Assembly: GCA_001785865.1 (NCBI GenBank)
Contig: MFUZ01000006.1
Location: 45,674 to 109,673 of the forward strand
Length of the DNA stretch: 64,000 bases
DNA from: Candidatus Nomurabacteria bacterium RIFCSPLOWO2_01_FULL_41_18
Lineage (GTDB): Bacteria > Patescibacteriota > Minisyncoccia > Phycocordibacterales > UBA9973
Reading direction: 5' to 3'
The notes beneath the pieces are model-generated. The model worked only from the letters and a program-made list of their open reading frames with translations, did not search any database and had not been told where the DNA came from. Shown in pieces: positions 56,417-64,000 of this stretch. The position numbers and the translations under genes were made by a program. Every line of letters begins with the position of its first letter. The first letter of the stretch is position 1.

Positions 56417-57686
56417 CTCTGTATTTTTTGCAGGACTATTGTTGATTTTAGGCTTGATTCCTTTTGTTTTTTTACATGCAGAAACAGCCGGGGAAATAAG
56501 GAATAAGATCGAACAAAAAAGCGCAGATATAGAAAAATTAGAGGCAGAAATACGGGCTTATCAGCTCGAACTAGAAGGATTAGGAAAACAGAAAGATTCC
56601 TTAAGTGTCTCACTAAAACAGCTTGATATCACCAAAAAGAAATTGAACGCGGATATTTCTGTAACACAAAATAAAATAGACAAGACAAGCCTACAGATAC
56701 AAAATCTAACTAGCGACATCGGAGATAAAGAAAGCTCCATCATAGTCAATACGGATTCGATCGAGCTCGACATGCGGAAAATAAATGAGTTAGAGAGCGA
56801 GAGCTTTGTCGAGAAGATTCTTTCCAACGAAGATTTTACCATTATTTGGAACGATATCGAAAATATGGTCACGGTGCGTGAAAGTATCAGAGATAATATC
56901 AAAATGCTCCGGAACACAAAAGTAGTTTTAGAAGATACCCGCGGACAAACCATCGAGGCCAAGAACGAACTTACCAGACTGAAGGCCCAACTGGTAGACC
57001 AGCAAAAAATTGTCATCCAGAACACTAATGAGAAAAATAAGCTTTTAGCTCAGACAAAGAACAGCGAAGCAAATTATCAGAAGCTGGTCCAGGAACAGTT
57101 GGCAAAGAAATTAGCTTTTGAGAAAGAATTGCGTGATTTTGAATCGGAGCTTCAATTTATTCTCGATCCGTCTAAGCTTCCTAATGCAGGAGTCCTCTCT
57201 TGGCCACTTGCTAGAGTCTTTGTCACCCAGGAATTCGGAGCAAAAACCGGGCCTCATAGGACCTATGCTAGCGGTCACAGCGGCACTGATTTCAGGGCGC
57301 GGACTCCACTACCTGTCTTTGCCATGGCAGATGGCGTAGTCAAAGGGATAGGGGATACGGATGGCATCTGTCCAGGGGTTTCTTTCGGGAAATGGGTTTT
57401 TATTGAATACAACAACGGGCTTTCTAGCACTTTTGGACACTTATCTCTCATAAAAGTGTCAGAAGGTAAAAAAGTGCGGCGTGGAGAGGTTGTAGCCTAT
57501 ACCGGAGGCACTGGAAGGGTCACTGGACCTCATTTACACGTCTCCTTGTATGTGTCAAGCGGAGTGAATGTATCTACTGTGCCTAGTATATCTTGCCTTG
57601 GAAAGATCCTAAAACAGCCTATAGCAGCTACAAACGCTTATCTTGACCCGATGTATTATTTGCCTTTTTATGTACCGCAACCTTAA
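56382..57686 (+). CDS. M23-family (LytM-like) peptidase with N-terminal TM and coiled-coil region
   Basis: HSGTDFRA...GHLS...GPHLHVSLY (the HxxxD...HxH LytM motifs). A long coiled-coil lies upstream. The annotated start overlaps the gltX end by 35 nt. Confidence 0.75.
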   Translation: MKHYLDYKRLFSSVFFAGLLLILGLIPFVFLHAETAGEIRNKIEQKSADIEKLEAEIRAYQLELEGLGKQKDSLSVSLKQLDITKKKLNADISVTQNKIDKTSLQIQNLTSDIGDKESSIIVNTDSIELDMRKINELESESFVEKILSNEDFTIIWNDIENMVTVRESIRDNIKMLRNTKVVLEDTRGQTIEAKNELTRLKAQLVDQQKIVIQNTNEKNKLLAQTKNSEANYQKLVQEQLAKKLAFEKELRDFESELQFILDPSKLPNAGVLSWPLARVFVTQEFGAKTGPHRTYASGHSGTDFRARTPLPVFAMADGVVKGIGDTDGICPGVSFGKWVFIEYNNGLSSTFGHLSLIKVSEGKKVRRGEVVAYTGGTGRVTGPHLHVSLYVSSGVNVSTVPSISCLGKILKQPIAATNAYLDPMYYLPFYVPQP

Positions 57687-57707
57687 AATGTGTGATAAAA
57701 TATATCT

Positions 57708-57947
57708 ATGCAAAATAATAATATAAAAATACCAGGGAGAGGCTGGTCCGCCTACGGCGGAAAAAATAAGAACGGCGGTTTTTTACAGCTTATAATAATT
57801 ATTATAGTTGTCCTCTTTCTGATGCGTTATTTCGGCGTTACCTTTTCCGGAATTTTATCTTTCTTCAATCTTACTTGGGTAGAGATAATAAATTGGCTCA
57901 AAGACGCCTGGGAATGGTTCCTGGATCTATTTAATAGTGTGAAGTAG
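57708..57947 (+). CDS. small membrane protein, hypothetical
   Basis: One TM (FLQLIIIIIVVLFLM) and a Trp-rich C-terminus. Confidence 0.3.
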   Translation: MQNNNIKIPGRGWSAYGGKNKNGGFLQLIIIIIVVLFLMRYFGVTFSGILSFFNLTWVEIINWLKDAWEWFLDLFNSVK

Positions 57948-58096
57948 GTAAACTGTATAAAGTACGACATTTTATGCTCGTACAACCCGCGCTTGTTTGA
58001 GATGCTTTATAGTGTCTCAAACATATATTGTGCGACATGCATCTTATATTCATTTCGGTACCTTCCCTAGCGTTACCATCTGTAAAAAGATTCTCT

Positions 58097-58429
58097 CTAG
58101 AAAATCAAATGCAAGAAAAAATTTACTCCGAGCACGAAGTATAAGACCTTTGAAAAGAATTTGAGCTGCCAACTATCGGATCCTATTTCCGGCTTCCAGT
58201 CACTTGCCATCGAATACAGATCCATCAAGAGTACTGTCGGTGCTATGAATACCGCCAGAAAAAGGGTTAAAAAGCTCATCGGATCCCCTTCGTCTGTCAA
58301 ACCATGAGTGAATCTCCAGACTTCTTGTCCCAAAAAGTAACATGTGAGAAATATCGGGATGATTACATTTATTGTGAGATATTTAATATGATTTTTTTCT
58401 TGCTCAAGCATAAATTTGATTTTTATCAA
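58097..58429 (-). CDS. small membrane protein, hypothetical
   Basis: Two or three TM helices. No motif. Confidence 0.3.
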   Translation of the reverse strand: MIKIKFMLEQEKNHIKYLTINVIIPIFLTCYFLGQEVWRFTHGLTDEGDPMSFLTLFLAVFIAPTVLLMDLYSMASDWKPEIGSDSWQLKFFSKVLYFVLGVNFFLHLIF

Positions 58430-58435
58430 TCATGT

Positions 58436-58822
58436 CTATCTACATGAGCTCGAAAGCTCATATCCGGCGTTTTCGGCCTGCTCTTTGGTGGCGAAGTAAA
58501 CCCTATTTTCTTGCTTGATAGTTTTTCCCCCAGAACATCCTACAGAATAATATTTCTTTCCCCTGTTTGAAGCGAAGAAATTTTTAGCAGTTGGATTTAA
58601 AACTGTAGGAGAAATTTTCGTATTTTCTAATAAGCTGGAAGTTTCTACGGCAGAAATGACGCTGGCTTCCTGCGACGGATACTCTATTTTTATGCCTGAA
58701 GAGGCACTATCTTTGGACAGCCGGCCAAGCTCAAATGAGCCCAAACCTACCAAAATAACGATAATAATTACCATTATATCCTTCCCTTTCTCACTCTGTA
58801 CAAATTGCTTGATTTTTTCCAT
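58436..58822 (-). CDS. membrane-anchored hypothetical protein with degenerate Ada-like metal-binding C-terminal motif
   Basis: N-terminal TM. The C-terminus YYSVGCSGGKTIKQENRVYFATKEQAENAGYELSSSC resembles the Ada_Zn-binding-like module (...ENrvwF.s..eAe.aGY.pC), but only two Cys are present. Confidence 0.3.
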   Translation of the reverse strand: MEKIKQFVQSEKGKDIMVIIIVILVGLGSFELGRLSKDSASSGIKIEYPSQEASVISAVETSSLLENTKISPTVLNPTAKNFFASNRGKKYYSVGCSGGKTIKQENRVYFATKEQAENAGYELSSSCR

Positions 58823-58840
58823 GTCCTGATATATAGTTAT

Positions 58841-58870
58841 TACGTAATAGATTACGTAATCTATTACGTA
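58841..58870. promoter_or_regulatory. 30-bp perfect palindrome made of three TACGTA hexamers
   Basis: TACGTAATAGATTACGTAATCTATTACGTA. Verified base by base as a perfect inverted repeat. Located 19 nt from the start of the - gene at 58822 and 23 nt upstream of the rpmA start. Confidence 0.5.
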
Positions 58871-58892
58871 TTTATTCTAACATAAAAACAAT

Positions 58893-59165
58893 ATGGCACA
58901 TAGAAAAGCTGGCGGTACCGCCAAAAATTTAAGAGACTCAAACCCGCAATACCTAGGTATTAAGCTTTATGATGGCGAAAAGGCTCAATCTGGGGCTATT
59001 ATCGTCAGACAGCGTGGTACGACCGTTTTAGCTGGTACAAACGTCGGTATGGGCAAAGATCACACCTTATTTGCCCTAAAAGACGGCATAGTCAAATTTG
59101 GCTCAAAACGCAAAACTTCATTCAACGGCAAAGGCAAGGTCAATAAAATAGTTAATTTGGTGTAG
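58893..59165 (+). CDS. rpmA: ribosomal protein L27
   Basis: [24 protein letters not shown]...RQRGT... Confidence 0.92.
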   Translation: MAHRKAGGTAKNLRDSNPQYLGIKLYDGEKAQSGAIIVRQRGTTVLAGTNVGMGKDHTLFALKDGIVKFGSKRKTSFNGKGKVNKIVNLV

Positions 59166-59239
59166 CTAGCTTTTAACTAAAACTCGTGTAATATGTAAGT
59201 GAAGTAAACAAGTTCAACCCCTAACCAAAGGAGTTTGTT

Positions 59240-59584
59240 GTGATTAAGCCAATATGCGATCTTGTCGCTTGCATGAAAGAATTGATGCAGTATGGTGCGA
59301 TTCTTGTGGGACCGCGGACGAAAAAAGGAAAAGCAAGAAAGCAACACGTCTGCTGTCCTTCATGCTACAAGAAAATCAAGAGTCAACGCGGTTTCTTTCG
59401 TTCAATCATTGGAGCAGAAATACGTGGTCCAATCTTGCTCGGTCCGCCAGGGAAAAGTGGAAAAGGAATGGTGGATAGATACGACATCTCTGTTGCATTC
59501 TACGAAAAGTTGCAACGTCGTTTCTTCCAGCGACCCAAGAAGAAAAGGAAAAGACAACAGCCTCATTCCTTGTATCACGCTTAA
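59240..59584 (+). CDS. small basic hypothetical protein (GTG start, strong RBS)
   Basis: AAGGAG lies 8 nt upstream of GTG. Cys-containing basic protein (CCPSCYKK, KKKRKRQQ). GC is locally elevated. A weak hairpin plus T-run follows at about 59598-59640. Confidence 0.35.
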   Translation: MIKPICDLVACMKELMQYGAILVGPRTKKGKARKQHVCCPSCYKKIKSQRGFFRSIIGAEIRGPILLGPPGKSGKGMVDRYDISVAFYEKLQRRFFQRPKKKRKRQQPHSLYHA

Positions 59585-59683
59585 GAAAGGAAAAACTCAC
59601 CACCCGACACGAAGCCATGCTCGTTTGGGTGGTTTTCGTTTCTATGTCAAATCTGCAAACTTTAGTTGAGTAAAGTGATTATA

Positions 59684-60427
59684 TTATTGTGTTATTAAAA
59701 AATCAGTTATTGTCTTTAGCATTTCCTTAAAATTATTTTCCTCCTCGTAGCGGTGATTTGCTCCCTCGACTACTTTCAATTTTGCGTTGGGGATTATTTT
59801 TACTAATTTTTTGCTTTGACTTACAGGTACAGTTTCATCAGCACCGCTGTGTATTATCATGGTAGGTATTTTTATTTTCTTTGCAGATTTGTAAGCATCG
59901 TATTTTAAATAGTCTTCTACGAATGAATAATCAAGTATTAATCCTACATTGGGTAATGAAGAATTTGTTTTTTTAGCTTTCCATTCTGCAATACCAGCCT
60001 TACCATATTTATTTAAATAGACCTCGTGGTAATCGCTAACTGGAGATTTTAGGACTAAAGCATATATATCCTTAGACTTAGATGCAGTGATTGTCGAACT
60101 TAATCCGCCAAAACTACTTCCCAATAAAATTATTTTCTTGAAACCTTTTTCTTTAACTAATTTTATAGCTTGTAACGTGTCATCAATACTTTCAGATAAA
60201 TCTGACTCTTCAAATTTTCCGTCGCTTTCACCGTTCCCATAAAAATCAAAACGTAAAGTAGAAATACCTTTTTTGTTTAAAATGGGCACCAAATTCTCAA
60301 AAGATTTATTGTGTTTTCCGCTCGAGTGCCCATGGCAAAGGACAGCTATTTTGTCTTTTCCAACATCGGAAAGCAATCCAGCAAGATTCTCTCCTTTTGA
60401 ATTCTGAAAAATTGTCTTTTCTTCCAT
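59684..60427 (-). CDS. alpha/beta-hydrolase fold protein
   Basis: HGHSSGK (oxyanion HGxxG-like) and GSSFGG (GxSxG nucleophile elbow). 247 aa. Confidence 0.65.
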   Translation of the reverse strand: MEEKTIFQNSKGENLAGLLSDVGKDKIAVLCHGHSSGKHNKSFENLVPILNKKGISTLRFDFYGNGESDGKFEESDLSESIDDTLQAIKLVKEKGFKKIILLGSSFGGLSSTITASKSKDIYALVLKSPVSDYHEVYLNKYGKAGIAEWKAKKTNSSLPNVGLILDYSFVEDYLKYDAYKSAKKIKIPTMIIHSGADETVPVSQSKKLVKIIPNAKLKVVEGANHRYEEENNFKEMLKTITDFLITQ

Positions 60428-60430
60428 GAG

Positions 60431-60874
60431 CTAGATTCTCTCCACCACAAGTTTAAACGAAGACTTTTTACCTTTTATGGAGATGGGGATTTCAAATTCC
60501 CCTATTTGTTTGATCGGTTTTTCGAGGACGATAAATTCCTCGCTGATTTCCGCATGATTCTGCTTGCTCATCGCTTCCTTAATTTCTTTTTTGTGAACTT
60601 GGGCAAAGAGATGCCCTTTTTCGTCAGCTTTTTCTTTTATAGTGATAGTTTTGCCTTTTATAGCTTCCAGATTTTTTAAAAGTAAGCTTTCTTGCACTTC
60701 CCTTTCAATCGCGATTTCTTTCTTGCGCATTTCTAGCTCTGCTAGCGCTCCTTTGGTGGCGGTGATGGCGAGCTTCCTTGGTAATAGGAAATTCATGGCA
60801 TAACCATCGTTCACTTCTTTTGTCTCGTATTTTTTTCCCACTCTTGGTACATCATGTAAAAAAATTACTTTCAT
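60431..60874 (-). CDS. rplI: ribosomal protein L9
   Basis: [36 protein letters not shown] matches the L9 N-domain. Confidence 0.88.
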   Translation of the reverse strand: MKVIFLHDVPRVGKKYETKEVNDGYAMNFLLPRKLAITATKGALAELEMRKKEIAIEREVQESLLLKNLEAIKGKTITIKEKADEKGHLFAQVHKKEIKEAMSKQNHAEISEEFIVLEKPIKQIGEFEIPISIKGKKSSFKLVVERI

Positions 60875-60877
60875 ATT

Positions 60878-62092
60878 TTATTTCCAATTACGCAATAACT
60901 CTACAGCTTTATCCATTTGCGGATCTTTTTTTGCTTCTCGATCTTCCTTGGTGATCTCGACAGCATAATCAGGGGTCAGGCCCTTGTCTGAAATAGAAGT
61001 TCCGTTCGGGGTCAGCCATTTTGCGACGGTGATCTTGAGCAGAGTGTCCGGCGTGATCTTTATTGCTTCCTGGACGGAGCCCTTGCCGAAGCTCTGGCTA
61101 CCGACGAGCTTGGCTCGTCCGTGGTCCTGCATGGCACCAGCGACGATTTCGGAAGCTGAAGCAGAGCCCTCGTTTATCAGGATTACAAATTTCAGATTTT
61201 CACTAAATTTATTGACACCTCGGCTCCGGAATATTTCTGGCTCCCTGTCCTCACCATAGTCTTCGGTGACAATAATCTTTCCGTTTGGCAAGAACCAGCT
61301 CGATATATTTACCGCCGAATTAAGATATCCGCCAGGGTTGCCTCGCAAGTCCAGCAATAATTTGTCGGTTTTAGATTCGGCAAATTTTCTGACCGCGTTG
61401 TAGAAAAGATTGGTAGAGTTTGCAGAAAAGCTGTAAAGTTTGATCACGAAAATGCCATCAGGCCGTAGCTCGGTATCGAGTGTGGGAATATTGATGACAT
61501 CTCGCACTATCTTTATCTCAATCGGTTCTTCCTCTCCCTCGCGAATAATAGTGAGCGTGACCGTAGTGCCTTTTTCTCCTCGTATTAGTTTGATGGCTTT
61601 TTCAAGGCTCAAGTCGGTGGTGATAGTATCATCTATCTTGAAGATCTTGTCGCCGGGTTTTATATTTGCGCGGTAGGCCGGAGTACCTTTGAGAGGGGCA
61701 ATAACAGTGAGGATCTTGTCTTTCAGGGCGACTTCCATGCCGACTCCAATGAAATTACCCGATATTTCCTCCTCAAAAGACTTTGCCTCTTCTGGGCTGA
61801 AAAATACGCTGTACGGGTCTTCTAGCGAGCCTACAAGGCCGGAAATAGCCCCGTAAATCCTTGCTTGGTCGGTGGTTTTGTCGGCTCCGGGATATTTTTC
61901 ATTAATTGCATTCCAGACTTCCCAAAACGGAGAAAAATCAGCTTCAGTTGCAACTTCAGTTTCCTTATTCGCAAGCGAAATCTTATCTATATAAGGAGCA
62001 TTGATTGCTCCTACATGAATACCGCCCCAAAAGGCTCCAAAAATGACGAGGACGATAATTATATTTTTTGTTTTATTTGAAAAATTTTGCAT
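60878..62092 (-). CDS. C-terminal processing peptidase (S41 family), N-terminal TM
   Basis: PDZ domain, then LDLRGNPGGYL...SASASEIVAGAMQDHGRAKLVGSQSFGKGSVQ (S41 Ser/Lys dyad region). Confidence 0.82.
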   Translation of the reverse strand: MQNFSNKTKNIIIVLVIFGAFWGGIHVGAINAPYIDKISLANKETEVATEADFSPFWEVWNAINEKYPGADKTTDQARIYGAISGLVGSLEDPYSVFFSPEEAKSFEEEISGNFIGVGMEVALKDKILTVIAPLKGTPAYRANIKPGDKIFKIDDTITTDLSLEKAIKLIRGEKGTTVTLTIIREGEEEPIEIKIVRDVINIPTLDTELRPDGIFVIKLYSFSANSTNLFYNAVRKFAESKTDKLLLDLRGNPGGYLNSAVNISSWFLPNGKIIVTEDYGEDREPEIFRSRGVNKFSENLKFVILINEGSASASEIVAGAMQDHGRAKLVGSQSFGKGSVQEAIKITPDTLLKITVAKWLTPNGTSISDKGLTPDYAVEITKEDREAKKDPQMDKAVELLRNWK

Positions 62093-62128
62093 ATGTTTAG
62101 GTCTAGTTTTATAAGGAGTAATTCAGGC

Positions 62129-62368
62129 TTAGTTAGTTGTTTCGTCTGTTGCTTCTCCGCCCTTAAAATTATTTTCTGAAAAATTATCGAAGGTAGTCTC
62201 CTTCTTGATTCCCTGCGTTTTAAAATCCCGATACAGCATAAAGCTCGCAACAATAAGTGCGATTCCAGAAAGAGACGTCAGGATATCTTGCCATGAATAC
62301 GGAAAGCCAAGATGTGGCAGTACAGCCAGCCATATACCCGAAATCAAAAATATATACGCTTTGCCCAT
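62129..62368 (-). CDS. small membrane protein, hypothetical
   Basis: Two TM helices. Confidence 0.3.
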   Translation of the reverse strand: MGKAYIFLISGIWLAVLPHLGFPYSWQDILTSLSGIALIVASFMLYRDFKTQGIKKETTFDNFSENNFKGGEATDETTN

Positions 62369-62392
62369 AGGGGTATTGTATAAAAATAAAAC

Positions 62393-63484
62393 TTAATAAG
62401 CAATAGCGTTTGCAGAAAGAGAGCTTGCTGGCACCTGTGTATCTTTGTGGAGCATCCTGATGTTCACGAACAATAAGACGAAGATAATAGCCATGAGGCC
62501 GATACCCCTTGCTACCATGAACGGATGAGCCCTTTCTGCCTTGATAAACATGATGAGAAGCAAGGCCAAGATAACGAGGAGCACTATGCCTGCAAAAGTG
62601 TAGGTCACATATTCACGGGGCGAAGTCAGGACTTTTTGGATAAAGGATTTTATTTGAGATGGCGCGGCCACACTCTCCACCTTCACCTCTCTCGATTCTT
62701 CACCCAAGACTTGGATCGTGGTCGGAGCCACGACTACAGCTGTTTCAGCTGGGGTGACTTCAGGCTCGCTTGTGGGAGGAAGTGTGATTGGAAGGTTGGA
62801 AGGAGCGGGAGCAGGCGGGAGAGTTTGCGGTTCTAGTTCTGGCGCGGGCTCCGGAGTCACAGCTACGAGTGTAGGTGGTACTGGGGCAGGCTCGATGGTG
62901 GGAGCGGTCACTATGGCCGGTGTGCCGAATAATTGCGCCACGAAGACTGTATCTCTGCCTTTATATACCCCGCTCGCTATGCCAATGCCTATTTCTTTAT
63001 AATTTGCTTTAATTATATTTTCACGATGTGACGGCGAATCCATCCAGGCTTCCGCAACATCGCTCGATTCAAAAAAATTAACTGCCAAATTTTCTCCCGC
63101 CGAAGTGTAACGATAGCCTACTTGCTCAAACCAATACCATGGAGTTTTTCCGTCCGGACTGGTATGGGCAAAATATCCATTAGTCGCCATGTCTTCTGCT
63201 TTCATTTGAGCCGCGCGATTCAGGAGTTCGTTCTGTGTGAGTGGCGGGACATCATTTTCCGCGCGTTTTTCGTTGGTGAGTGTCGTGAGCACTCCAGGCA
63301 GGACTGCGGCGAGGAAATTTGTTTTATCAAAGACGATAAATACTTGCGCTAGAAATGTTATCTCGATAATTAGAATCACGATGATAGATATCAGCATGGA
63401 TTCGTGGCGGAGAAAATGAGGCCGAAATTCATTGTGTTCGTGCGGAATGAAATATTTTTTTAACCACTTTGAAAGTTTTTGCAT
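62393..63484 (-). CDS. CAP-domain (SCP/PR-1-like) membrane protein with Pro-rich linker
   Basis: N-terminal TM. CAP core NEKRAENDVPPLTQNELLNRAAQMKAEDMATNGYFAHTSPDGKTPWYWFEQVGY...AGENLA...WMDSPSHRENIIKANYKEIGIG. PxP-rich linker. C-terminal TM helices. Confidence 0.65.
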   Translation of the reverse strand: MQKLSKWLKKYFIPHEHNEFRPHFLRHESMLISIIVILIIEITFLAQVFIVFDKTNFLAAVLPGVLTTLTNEKRAENDVPPLTQNELLNRAAQMKAEDMATNGYFAHTSPDGKTPWYWFEQVGYRYTSAGENLAVNFFESSDVAEAWMDSPSHRENIIKANYKEIGIGIASGVYKGRDTVFVAQLFGTPAIVTAPTIEPAPVPPTLVAVTPEPAPELEPQTLPPAPAPSNLPITLPPTSEPEVTPAETAVVVAPTTIQVLGEESREVKVESVAAPSQIKSFIQKVLTSPREYVTYTFAGIVLLVILALLLIMFIKAERAHPFMVARGIGLMAIIFVLLFVNIRMLHKDTQVPASSLSANAIAY

Positions 63485-63585
63485 GTCTATATATTATACA
63501 CTAATTAAGGGTAAAAGTCAACAAGAAACTAACTTATTTGCTCCTATTCATTTTAATCCATTCTAACCCACATATGCCAAAAAAC

Positions 63586-63611
63586 AAAACCCTGCTTTGA
63601 GGCAGGGTTTT
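63586..63611 (-). terminator. Rho-independent terminator for the - strand gene at the window end
   Basis: AAAACCCTGC-tttgag-GCAGGGTTTT, with a T-run on the - strand side. Confidence 0.7.
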
Positions 63612-63638
63612 GTCGGTATTCACTAGATTCCTCTAAAA

Positions 63639-63998
63639 TTAAAGCTTAGAAGGAACGTTTCGTAGGTTTTGGCTCCAGTTGATAAGATCCGTCGGGATAG
63701 GAAGATTTCCATATTCTGCCGGACACATCAATCTCTTTGCCTCTGCCAAGGATGTCTTGTAGAAGATGCCCGTCGGCTCGGTGATACCCCAAGGTTTGAG
63801 AATATTATCCTTTCTAGCGAGTTGAAAGGCTCGAACCGCGTTCTCTGTCTCGATTCCATATATTCCGTTTATGGCAAGTCCTCTGTTCATGTAGCTATTT
63901 AGGAAGCTCTGAAGAAGTTGTACTTGAGCAGGAACATTTCTGTGTCCAAGCCGCATATAGGTCTCTGTCGCAAGGCAGATATCTGTCGCTGCACCCAA
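63639..63998 (-). CDS. C-terminal part of a PG_binding_1-domain protein (gene continues beyond the window end)
   Basis: VQLLQSFLNSYMNRGLAINGIYGIETENAVRAFQLAR matches the peptidoglycan-binding domain pattern. The ORF is open to the window edge. Confidence 0.5.
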   Translation of the reverse strand: MGAATDICLATETYMRLGHRNVPAQVQLLQSFLNSYMNRGLAINGIYGIETENAVRAFQLARKDNILKPWGITEPTGIFYKTSLAEAKRLMCPAEYGNLPIPTDLINWSQNLRNVPSKL

Positions 63999-64000
63999 AA

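Noticed and set aside
59292-59669. 125-aa + strand ORF overlapping 59240-59584 in another frame
   Set aside because: The 59240 frame starts at a GTG with an excellent AAGGAG RBS 8 nt upstream. The 59292 frame has no comparable signal.

Overview
This ~64 kb window comes from a low-GC bacterium with a compact, gene-dense genome. Gene content suggests a Patescibacteria/CPR-like lineage (inference): many aminoacyl-tRNA synthetases, a minimal peptidoglycan gene set, and surface proteins with NHL, Ig-like and PG-binding modules.

Recognisable content, in order:
- an MgtC-family gene and a compact alaS;
- a secreted NHL-repeat protein built from six 141-bp tandem DNA repeats;
- a PilM/FtsA-like actin-fold gene and a membrane-anchored partner;
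- the ribosomal alpha-operon block infA-rpmJ-rpsM-rpsK-rpsD-rpoA-rplQ, followed by rplM-rpsI;
- a grpE ... dnaK ... dnaJ chaperone locus;
- cysS, an AI-2E transporter, rplU, recR, dnaB;
- trpS, a TrpR/YerC-family protein and a GC-rich TrpE-like gene;
- an Asp/Glu racemase, archaeal-type aspS, riboflavin kinase, a DMT transporter, pterin dehydratase and a GNAT acetyltransferase;
- pepN, scpA-scpB, an M15 peptidase, mraY-ftsW-murG;
- a large secreted beta-helix/PG-binding protein, gltX, an M23 peptidase, rpmA, an alpha/beta hydrolase, rplI, an S41 C-terminal protease, a CAP-domain membrane protein and a partial PG-binding protein at the window end.

No rRNA, tRNA or CRISPR was found by eye.

The most unusual feature is the chaperone locus. 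Between grpE and dnaJ sit five paralogous 551-580 aa cysteine-rich proteins. Each has zf-trcl-like zinc ribbons at both termini and a central periodic Cys ladder. Interleaved with them are two paralogous soluble P-loop ATPases with type IV coupling protein (VirD4/TraG/TraD)-like motifs. The first ATPase carries a C-terminal zinc ribbon that resembles the N-terminal ribbon of the Cys-rich paralogs. I do not recognise this assemblage as a described system.

Other notable items:
- a (GA)12 microsatellite sits where a signal-peptide-bearing surface protein loses frame with its only ATG, making it a candidate phase-variation switch;
- a TrpR-operator-like GTACTAGTAC palindrome lies between the TrpR-like gene and the TrpE-like gene;
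- a 30-bp perfect palindrome made of three TACGTA hexamers sits upstream of rpmA;
- an ~58-nt intergenic element occurs twice at about 80% identity;
- several genes have locally elevated GC.
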